From assembly GCA_043827025.1 (NCBI GenBank), contig JBDRPL010000005.1, positions 35,569-99,568 on the forward strand: a stretch of 64,000 nucleotides of DNA. Direction: 5' to 3'. This document shows positions 56,602 through 64,000 of the stretch, in pieces. How positions within the stretch are numbered: position 1 is the stretch's first letter; each line of letters starts with the position of its first letter. A program made the position numbers and the translations under genes. This DNA comes from Candidatus Micrarchaeota archaeon. GTDB lineage: Archaea > Micrarchaeota > Micrarchaeia > Anstonellales > Bilamarchaeaceae. The notes under the pieces were generated by a model. That model saw only the letters and a list, made by a program, of their open reading frames with translations. It did no database searches and was not told where the DNA came from.

Positions 56602-59600
56602 TCACTTATATTCTCTGAATTCCTCTATATTTAATTCTTTGTTTCTCAGCTGCTTCAGAGCATTTAGAAGCTGGATAGCTGTTTCCAGATTAGTTATGCA
56701 TGGAATGCCTTTTTCAATTGAAGCGCGCCTTATCTTGAATCCGTCGGTTGCGGATCGTCCACCGCGTCTTGGAGTGTTGATTATCAGATCGATCTTGCAT
56801 TCCGATATGATATCTATTATGTCTGGCTTCTGATCCCCTATTTTTGGAATGGAAGTTGCGAGTTTCAGGCTTTTTGCAGTTCCAGGTGTTGCATATATCA
56901 TATACCCAAGATCTTGTAACAGGGATTTCAGCTTCTGTGCATTCACCTTGTCCAAATCATTCAAACTTACTATACAATCGCCCCTTTCCTTTATTCGGAT
57001 TCCGGCTGCAAGCAATGCCTTGTAGTATGCGATTTCAAAAGAATGGCCAATACCCATGGTCTCTCCAGTTGATTTCATTTCCGGACCCAAGGTAATGTCT
57101 GCTCCGACGATTTTAAGAAAAGGGAAAACTATTGATTTGACTGCATAGCCTTTCTGCTTGTTTGCAGATTCCAAACTAAATTCAGACAAATGATGGCCAG
57201 CCATTACTTTAGTGGCGATTTTTGCCATTGGAATCCCAATTGCCTTGCTTAGGAATGGAACAGTACGAGATGCACGAGGATTGGCTTCAAGGCAATAAAT
57301 GATTCCATCCTTCACAACATATTGAACATTGATCATTCCGACTATTCCAAGAGCTTCTGCCATATCCTGAGTGTATTTAGTAATTGTTTTCTTGTCACTA
57401 TCGGTCAACCTAATTGACGGAACAACGATATTTGCATCTCCTGAATGAACTCCAGCAGGCTCAATGTGCTCCATTATCCCGCCAATGAATAATTGAGAGC
57501 CATCAAAAATTGCATCCACTTCACATTCAATTGCATTGTCAAGATATTTATCTATCAGAATAGGCTTCTTTTCGCTTATGTCAACAGCTTCTCGCATGTA
57601 TTTCTTCAATTCTTCGTCATCGTATACGATTGCCATAGCCCTTCCCGCAATCACATAACTTGGCCTTACTACAATGGGATAAGTTATCCGTTTAGCAAGT
57701 ACAAGCGCCTGCTCTTCCTTGAATGCAATCCCATGGTCTGGCTGTGGAATCTTCAGCTTTTTCATTAGTTGGCTGAATTTATCCCTGTCTTCTGCAACAT
57801 CAAGGCCCTTTGGGCTTGTCCCAATTACCTTGAAACCATGTTCTGTAAGTGAATCCACAAGATTAAGGCTGGTCTGGCCTCCGAATTGGACGATTACGCC
57901 ATCAGGTTTTTCAAGCTCACAGATATTAAGAACATCTTCTGCAGTAAGAGGCTCGAAATACAATCTATCAGATGAATCAAAATCTGTTGAAATGGTTTCT
58001 GGATTGTTGTTTATGACAATGCTTTCGATATCCATCTCCTTTAATGCAAAGGCTGCATGCGAACAGCAATAATCGAACTCTATGCCCTGACCGATTCTGA
58101 TTGGACCAGAACCAATGACAATTGCTTTTCGCTTTTTGCTGGGAATTACCTCATTCTCCTGCTCATAAGTTGAATAATAGTATGGAGTCACTGCTTCGAA
58201 TTCGCCTGCACAGCTGTCAACTATTTTATATGTTGGGATGATGCCGTGTTTGTGCCTAAGCGTTCGAACACCTTCCTCGTCCTTGCTGACAAGTTTGGCA
58301 ATTTGCTTGTCTGAAAATCCCAAACGTTTCGCTTTTCTCAGCAGATCTCCGCTAGCACCATTTTGCTTCAATTCGGATTCCATTTTGGCGATGTTCTCCA
58401 ATTTATAAAGAAACCACTTGGAGATATTTGTGATTTGATTTAATTTTTCAACACTCTCGCCTTTTCTAAGGAGTTCAAAGATGGCAAACAGCCGGATATC
58501 CGTTGCAGGATTCAGATGTTTATAAGGATCTTCAATCTTTGGAGGTTTTATGTCAAGGCTTCTCAACGCCTTTAACAAGGATTCTTCAAATGTCCTTCCA
58601 ATAGACATTGTTTCTCCCGTTGATTTCATTTGCGTTCCTATGGTTCGGTCAGACATCTCGAACTTGTCAAAAGGCCACCTTGGTATTTTTGTAACGATAT
58701 AATCAAGAGATGGCTCAAAGGCTGCATTTGTTCCTGTGATTGCATTTTTGATTTCATATAAATCATAGCCAAGTGCGATCTTTGTCGCGACTCTTGCAAT
58801 CGGATAGCCCGTTGCTTTTGACGCAAGCGCAGAAGACCTAGAAAGCCTGGGATTGATTTCAATTACTGCAAACTCCCCTGTCTTTTGATTGAACGAGAAT
58901 TGGACATTGCACGAACCTTTGATTCCGATTTCATCCACTATCCTTAATGCTGCATTTCTGAGCATCTGATGATCTTTATCATTTAATGTTTGGGAAGGTG
59001 CAACTACAATGCTTTCACCAGTGTGGATACCCATAGGATCGAAGTTTTCCATATTGCAGATGATGATCGAATTGCCTCTTGCATCTCTTACAACCTCATA
59101 TTCGAATTCTCCCCAACCTAAAACAGATTTTTCTACCAACGCCTCATGGTTTGCACTTAATCTAAAAGCAAGCTCAAGTATCCGCTTCAGGTCTGATTTG
59201 TTGTATGCAATTCCGCCCCCTGTTCCACCTAAGGTGAATGATGGTCGGATTATGAGCGGATAGCCTATCCTGTCAGCAAATTCAAGGGCCTCATCATAGT
59301 TCTTGATTGTTCTTCCAGGAAGGATTGGAACTCCTATCTTATCCATGGCTTCGTTGAATGACTCCCTGCCTTCTGCGCGTTGAATTGATTGTGCACCAGT
59401 CCCAAGGAATTCAACTCCGTATTTGGCAAGTATGCCTGCGCCATGAAGTTCCAATGACAAATTAAGAGCAGTCTGTCCACCTACTGTTGCAAGTATCCCT
59501 TCTGGTTTTTCCTTTGCAATTATCTTTTCAAGCACTTCAATAGTCAATGGCTCTATGTAAATGCGGTCAGCAGTTTCAGGATCTGTTTGGATGGTTGCAG

Positions 59601-59742
59601 GATTAGAGTTGACTAATACTACTATAATACCTTCTTCGCGCAATACCTTGCAGGCCTGTGTCCCAGAGTAATCAAATTCAGCACTTTGTCCGATGACAAT
59701 CGGCCCTGAACCTATTACAAGGACTTTTTTGGGTTTTTTCAT
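56602..59742 (-). CDS. carB: carbamoyl-phosphate synthase large subunit
   Basis: 1046 aa; duplicated ATP-grasp halves, MGS-like C-terminus; typical CarB N-terminus KKVLVIGSGPIVIGQSAEFDYSGTQA. Confidence 0.95.
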   Translation of the reverse strand: MKKPKKVLVIGSGPIVIGQSAEFDYSGTQACKVLREEGIIVVLVNSNPATIQTDPETADRIYIEPLTIEVLEKIIAKEKPEGILATVGGQTALNLSLELHGAGILAKYGVEFLGTGAQSIQRAEGRESFNEAMDKIGVPILPGRTIKNYDEALEFADRIGYPLIIRPSFTLGGTGGGIAYNKSDLKRILELAFRLSANHEALVEKSVLGWGEFEYEVVRDARGNSIIICNMENFDPMGIHTGESIVVAPSQTLNDKDHQMLRNAALRIVDEIGIKGSCNVQFSFNQKTGEFAVIEINPRLSRSSALASKATGYPIARVATKIALGYDLYEIKNAITGTNAAFEPSLDYIVTKIPRWPFDKFEMSDRTIGTQMKSTGETMSIGRTFEESLLKALRSLDIKPPKIEDPYKHLNPATDIRLFAIFELLRKGESVEKLNQITNISKWFLYKLENIAKMESELKQNGASGDLLRKAKRLGFSDKQIAKLVSKDEEGVRTLRHKHGIIPTYKIVDSCAGEFEAVTPYYYSTYEQENEVIPSKKRKAIVIGSGPIRIGQGIEFDYCCSHAAFALKEMDIESIVINNNPETISTDFDSSDRLYFEPLTAEDVLNICELEKPDGVIVQFGGQTSLNLVDSLTEHGFKVIGTSPKGLDVAEDRDKFSQLMKKLKIPQPDHGIAFKEEQALVLAKRITYPIVVRPSYVIAGRAMAIVYDDEELKKYMREAVDISEKKPILIDKYLDNAIECEVDAIFDGSQLFIGGIMEHIEPAGVHSGDANIVVPSIRLTDSDKKTITKYTQDMAEALGIVGMINVQYVVKDGIIYCLEANPRASRTVPFLSKAIGIPMAKIATKVMAGHHLSEFSLESANKQKGYAVKSIVFPFLKIVGADITLGPEMKSTGETMGIGHSFEIAYYKALLAAGIRIKERGDCIVSLNDLDKVNAQKLKSLLQDLGYMIYATPGTAKSLKLATSIPKIGDQKPDIIDIISECKIDLIINTPRRGGRSATDGFKIRRASIEKGIPCITNLETAIQLLNALKQLRNKELNIEEFREYK

Positions 59743-59752
59743 TTTTCATCAC

Positions 59753-60136
59753 TCAGATGATGATCTCATTCTCGCATTTCACACATTTTATCTTCTGGCC
59801 TTTTAGATCTGCAATTTTATCCCACACATCCCCAAAAAGAGCATATGTCACTTCTTTTTTTTCTTGCTTCTTCTCAAGACTGTAGCTTCCTGAGCAACCA
59901 ATGTCAAAAACAATCGGCGTACCGCATTTCAAGCACATCCTGCCTGTCAAATCGTTTTCAACGCATTTGCAAACCTCTGCCTTCTTCTTGCAGAAGACGC
60001 AGGTCTTGACAAGCTTGCCGTTCTTGCATTTCGAACAGGCCTTTGCCGAATCAGCGAAGTACTCATTGCATTTATCGCAGATATACCAAATTCTCCTTGT
60101 TGCCTCGTTTTGCAAAGCTTCTGTATTAATGTCCAT
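59753..60136 (-). CDS. multi-CxxC zinc-ribbon protein encoded between carA and carB (long paralog)
   Basis: 127 aa; five C-x2-C pairs; C-terminal EKKQEKKEVTYALFGDVWDKI...IKCVKCENEI is paralogous to the next ORF. Confidence 0.5.
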   Translation of the reverse strand: MDINTEALQNEATRRIWYICDKCNEYFADSAKACSKCKNGKLVKTCVFCKKKAEVCKCVENDLTGRMCLKCGTPIVFDIGCSGSYSLEKKQEKKEVTYALFGDVWDKIADLKGQKIKCVKCENEIII

Positions 60137-60138
60137 GT

Positions 60139-60369
60139 TTACACCATTTCTTTCCTAAGAATTGAAATAACATATTCAAAACCGCACTTTACACATCTAA
60201 GCGGATGAGTAGTTGGATCAACAAACCAGTCTACAGACCCCAACGGAATATAGTTTACTTCTTTTTTTGCGCATTTCTTTTCTAATTCTTTGTTTGGTTC
60301 AGAATTATCATCTACGAATATAGGTATTCCGCATTTTTTGCACTTAAATTCCTCAATCATTGCCACCAT
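60139..60369 (-). CDS. CxxC zinc-ribbon protein encoded between carA and carB (short paralog)
   Basis: 76 aa; CKKCG...CAKKEVNYIPLGSVDWF...LRCVKCGFEYV. Confidence 0.5.
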   Translation of the reverse strand: MVAMIEEFKCKKCGIPIFVDDNSEPNKELEKKCAKKEVNYIPLGSVDWFVDPTTHPLRCVKCGFEYVISILRKEMV

Positions 60370-60381
60370 ACCATAACACCA

Positions 60382-61506
60382 TTATTTTAACAGTTTAATG
60401 AACTCATCAAACAAATACTTAGAATCATGCGGTCCAGCTGTTGCTTCTGGATGATACTGAACCGAGAATATTTGTTTGTCTAAATGTTTCATACCTTCAT
60501 TGGTTTTGTCATTTAAATTCTGATGCGTTAATTCAAAACCTTTTGGAACTTCTTTGACTGCAAATCCATGATTTTGCGTTGTGATTACCACTTTCTTTCT
60601 AGTCAAGTCGATGACTGGTTGATTGCAACCTCTATGGCCAAACTTAAGTTTAAAAGTCTCAGAACCAAATGCATGGCCAATCAACTGATGGCCAAGACAG
60701 ATTGCCATGATAGGATAGTCCTTGTCAGCAAGATTACGAATCACTTTATGTGCATGAGTCAATATCTTTGGATCTCCTGGGCCATTTGAAAGCATGACAC
60801 CATCAGGTTCGTATTGCCGTATCTGTTCACTCGTATAAAATGAAGGGACTACAATAACTTTCAAGCCACGCGCCACAAGTTCATTTGCAATATTCCTCTT
60901 GTATCCATAATCAATCAGAACTACCTTTCCTTTTTTGTTTTCTCCAAACTCCAAAGGCTGTTTTGTTGTTACTTTTTCAACGAAATCAACTGATGAGTAA
61001 TCGAATTTGAGTTTCTTTTGAAGTGAACTGATGTCCAAGTCTCCATCATAGGTGGAAATTATGGCTGGGACGACTCCTTTTGACCGAATATGTCTAACTA
61101 GAAAACGAGTATCAATTCCAGTTATTCCAGGAACATCAAAATCCTTCAGGAACTGGTCAATTGATTGAAATGCATCTTTATGTTCGTACTTTTCGCAGAT
61201 TTCCCTTGTGCAAAGCCCTTCAACATGGATTTTATCGCTCTCAAAATCAGTTTTATTTATGCCGTAATTGCCAATCATCGGATAAGTGGAAATCAGTATC
61301 TGGCCGGCATAGCTTGGATCTGTCAGACTTTCCTGATAGCCAATCATAGAAGTATTAAAGACTAGTTCACCTATCCGCGTGGTCTTTGCACCAAACCCAT
61401 TTCCATGGATGATTGTGCCGTCTGCCAACAGTAACACTGATTTCATCATTAATACTCCAGTAAGCCGAGAACTATGTTCTCGATTGACGGAATTTAATTC
61501 CATCAA
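60382..61506 (-). CDS. carA: carbamoyl-phosphate synthase small subunit (glutamine amidotransferase)
   Basis: 374 aa (real start probably at the internal MKSVLLL); GATase triad region AICLGHQL and HPE. Confidence 0.9.
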   Translation of the reverse strand: MMELNSVNREHSSRLTGVLMMKSVLLLADGTIIHGNGFGAKTTRIGELVFNTSMIGYQESLTDPSYAGQILISTYPMIGNYGINKTDFESDKIHVEGLCTREICEKYEHKDAFQSIDQFLKDFDVPGITGIDTRFLVRHIRSKGVVPAIISTYDGDLDISSLQKKLKFDYSSVDFVEKVTTKQPLEFGENKKGKVVLIDYGYKRNIANELVARGLKVIVVPSFYTSEQIRQYEPDGVMLSNGPGDPKILTHAHKVIRNLADKDYPIMAICLGHQLIGHAFGSETFKLKFGHRGCNQPVIDLTRKKVVITTQNHGFAVKEVPKGFELTHQNLNDKTNEGMKHLDKQIFSVQYHPEATAGPHDSKYLFDEFIKLLK

Positions 61507-61572
61507 GAACTAGAACAATATCTCTCAACGAAAGTTTATATATTTAGCGCATGAATAAGATTTGGCGAGGCT

Positions 61573-62535
61573 ATGACATCCGAATTATCAAAACTTGTTG
61601 ACAAAGTTTTGCAGCTAAGTGAAAAAATAAAAAATGGGAAGGACGGGGTTGATTTCTGTGTCCCATCTAAGAATGAGCCTGGGTTTGAAAGTACTCCTCT
61701 TGAAACTGAGATTTATGAATTAATGGGGAAGGTAATTAAAAACCTGGAAAAAAATCCGAAGGATGTTGATTCCAAGATTGTTGAAAAACTTATGATCTGC
61801 ATGGAAAATTCCAGCAGGGCAAGAAAACAGGATAGGGGCGATGTGGGTTTTGGATATACGGATTTTGATTCTACACTTTACAGCATAATCTGGGATTTGA
61901 GATACAAGCTGAAAGATGCCCTTGACAAACTCAAGAACAAAACGGACATCCTAAGCAAGGTGGATAAAAGGCTTCTTGAGGCAAACAATGGAGAATATCT
62001 TGCGCTTTATGGCGTAAGCAGGGAACAAAGTAATGAGTTCAAGTTCAAATTTACAGTTGATAAACTCTTGAATCTAAGCAATGAAGCAAAAAAATCAGGA
62101 AAGAAGGGTATGGAAGGCCTGAAAGAAGAAATACGAGGGTGTCTGCACGAGGTATATATGACTATGGACATTGATATAATAGAAGACAAGTCATACCATT
62201 ACTCTGATTCCGGATACTCCCCTAGAACATACAACAGCGACGGCACGATACAGGATGGAAACATAATGAAATACTTTGATGAAAAACTGTTGAACAAGCT
62301 ATTGGAGAGTTTGATAAACTGCAAAGTGCTTTTCGTAAAAGGGGATTATGATCCAATAAAATCAAAAATAAAAGAAGTTGTTTATGCCTTGAAATACCTT
62401 TTGCTTGAGATGAAGAAGAATAAGATTTCACCATTGGAAAAGGCAGACCAGAAACTGTTCAAATCCAAGGAAAATGGCTTCAGGAAAACATTCTATGGAT
62501 ATTTTGCCGATGAAAAACCTGGCGAGTTTTGCTAA
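61573..62535 (+). CDS. hypothetical protein
   Basis: 320 aa; Lys/Glu-rich, no family recognised. Confidence 0.4.
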   Translation: MTSELSKLVDKVLQLSEKIKNGKDGVDFCVPSKNEPGFESTPLETEIYELMGKVIKNLEKNPKDVDSKIVEKLMICMENSSRARKQDRGDVGFGYTDFDSTLYSIIWDLRYKLKDALDKLKNKTDILSKVDKRLLEANNGEYLALYGVSREQSNEFKFKFTVDKLLNLSNEAKKSGKKGMEGLKEEIRGCLHEVYMTMDIDIIEDKSYHYSDSGYSPRTYNSDGTIQDGNIMKYFDEKLLNKLLESLINCKVLFVKGDYDPIKSKIKEVVYALKYLLLEMKKNKISPLEKADQKLFKSKENGFRKTFYGYFADEKPGEFC

Positions 62536-62574
62536 CAGGATTGCAAAATAAAAACATCACATTTAAAAACAGTT

Positions 62575-62829
62575 TTGCACATATTTCATAACATGGTTGC
62601 AGAACAAAAACAAAAAGGCGATTCAAAAATATCCGTCAATGATTCAAAGGCAAGGCAGGACCCAGAAAATTGTTTGACTCAGCCTGAACCACATCCAATT
62701 CAAAAGGTGCACAAGATAGATGAAACTAACTTAAGGATAGACAATCTTACACCTGCACTTGCATTCGGACTTCTTACTGTTGCAATGTTCGGTGCTGCAT
62801 ACCTATTCTCAAAAAACAATAAGAATTGA
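62575..62829 (+). CDS. hypothetical tail-anchored small membrane protein
   Basis: 84 aa; single C-terminal TM helix LTPALAFGLLTVAMFGAAYLF. Confidence 0.35.
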   Translation: MHIFHNMVAEQKQKGDSKISVNDSKARQDPENCLTQPEPHPIQKVHKIDETNLRIDNLTPALAFGLLTVAMFGAAYLFSKNNKN

Positions 62830-62875
62830 GCAAGAGTCAATACTATTTATTATCTTTTCTTTCTTAATCTTCTTT

Positions 62876-64000
62876 ATGAAACTTGAAGAGATCATCAGAA
62901 AACACACTCTGAAGAATGCTTTTGAATACGGCAAGGCCAATCTAGGCTCTGTAGTTGGAAAAGTAATCGGCGAGATGCCCAATGTCAAAAAAGATATGAA
63001 AAAAACGATAGAACTCATAAACAAGGCTGTTGTTGAAGTCAACAAGATGCAGAAGGATGCTGTTGAAAAAGAGCTTGAGAAATACCATTTTGAGAAAAAA
63101 GAGGAGAAAGAGAAGAAGATAATCGAAGCAAAGGAAAATGTGATTACCAGATTCCCCCCTGAACCTTCTGGTTATCCACATATAGGCCATGCAAAGGCAG
63201 CTTGGCTTGATTATACTGTTGCCGAAGAAAATGGCGGAAAGATGATTCTAAGGTTTGATGACACTAATCCGGAAAAAGAAACGCTAGAGTTTGTTGATGC
63301 AATAAAAGAAGGGCTGAAATGGCTTGGAGTAAAATGGAGCGAAGAATCATATACTTCTAACAATATGGAGAAGCTCTATTCCTTTGCTGAAAAACTCATA
63401 AAGGATGGGAAGGCATACGTTTGCACTGAAAAACAAGAAGAAATGTCAGAGATGCGGACTTCAAAAAAACCACTTAAAGACCGAGCAAACAAGCCGGAAG
63501 ACAACATGAAACTATGGAATGAAATGAAAAAGGGCAAGAGATATGTTCTCTTGTTCAAAGGCGATTTAAAATCCGAAAATACTGTGATGAGGGATCCCAC
63601 GCTTGCAAGGGTGATTGAGGGTAAACATTACAAACAAGGAGATAAATACAAGGTCTGGCCAAATTATGACTTGGCAGTAGTTGTAATGGATAATCTTGAA
63701 GGCATAACCCATTCCATGAGAACCAAGGAATATGAGTTAAGGGATGAATTGTATTTTGCATTGTGCGATGCCCTCGGATTCAAAAAACCAGAGCTTATAG
63801 GATTTTCAAGGCTTGAAATAAAAAATGCGCCGATAAGCAAAAGGCTACTCAAGCCTCTTGTCGAAGAAAAGAAAGTCATGGGATGGGATGACCCCAGATT
63901 GCCAACACTAAGCGGTCTTAAAAGACGAGGCATTCTGCCACATGCAATAAAAGATTTTGTACTTTCTTTTGGACTTTCAAAAGTCGAAAGCAATCCTGAT
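62876..64000 (+). CDS. gltX: glutamyl-tRNA synthetase, archaeal/eukaryal type (3'-truncated by the window edge)
   Basis: Manually read ORF not in the track (runs off the window); class I HIGH motif PEPSGYPHIGHAKAA; catalytic-domain blocks FDDTNPEKE and VMRDPT. Confidence 0.85.
   Translation, partial: MKLEEIIRKHTLKNAFEYGKANLGSVVGKVIGEMPNVKKDMKKTIELINKAVVEVNKMQKDAVEKELEKYHFEKKEEKEKKIIEAKENVITRFPPEPSGYPHIGHAKAAWLDYTVAEENGGKMILRFDDTNPEKETLEFVDAIKEGLKWLGVKWSEESYTSNNMEKLYSFAEKLIKDGKAYVCTEKQEEMSEMRTSKKPLKDRANKPEDNMKLWNEMKKGKRYVLLFKGDLKSENTVMRDPTLARVIEGKHYKQGDKYKVWPNYDLAVVVMDNLEGITHSMRTKEYELRDELYFALCDALGFKKPELIGFSRLEIKNAPISKRLLKPLVEEKKVMGWDDPRLPTLSGLKRRGILPHAIKDFVLSFGLSKVESNPD

Noticed and set aside
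1-64000. CRISPR arrays, rRNA genes, integrases, transposases
   Set aside because: No regularly spaced direct repeats, no rRNA-like conserved stretches, and no ORF with recombinase/transposase motifs were seen in any frame

Overview
The window is an AT-rich (roughly 37-40% GC by eye) archaeal chromosomal segment that uses the standard genetic code; TGA, TAA and TAG all terminate clearly conserved genes. Several genes sit in typical archaeal arrangements: ftsZ-secE-spt5, a small zinc-ribbon gene followed by aEF-1beta, and rps13-rps4-rps11-rpoD followed by a tRNA. Housekeeping genes include glyA, a dihydrouridine synthase, a SufS-like desulfurase, archaeal-type SAM synthetase, carA/carB, a partial GluRS, HtpX and a NOL1/NOP2/Sun RNA methyltransferase. 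Central-carbon genes are conspicuous: an aconitase / isocitrate dehydrogenase / two-subunit ATP-citrate lyase block, a form III RuBisCO large subunit, and an aldolase-like / GlpX FBPase / PFK-family group. There is a complete archaeal type IV pilus locus with six class-III-signal pilin-like genes, a CBS-HTH protein, a PilB/FlaI-type ATPase and a FlaJ/TadC-type platform split into two genes. The RNA genes comprise a tRNA-Leu(GAG), a second tRNA (probably Arg-GCG), and a locus I read as an intron-containing tRNA-Gly(CCC) spread over about 210 nt. Candidate novel or accessory content: (i) a tightly overlapping three-gene operon of HAD phosphatase, an Hjc-like PD-(D/E)xK nuclease-domain protein and a beta-CASP ribonuclease; (ii) a GC-elevated island at about 36.1-40.6 kb with nested inverted repeats, a Cys-rich protein, two VapBC pairs and a radical-SAM/SPASM enzyme with an unknown partner; (iii) paralogous multi-CxxC mini-proteins inserted between carA and carB; (iv) tandem paralogous CxxC mini-proteins at about 34.7-35.3 kb; (v) lysine/alanine/glutamate-rich tails on three consecutive ribosomal proteins; (vi) a nitroreductase interrupted by an in-frame amber codon. 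I saw no CRISPR array, rRNA, integrase or transposase.
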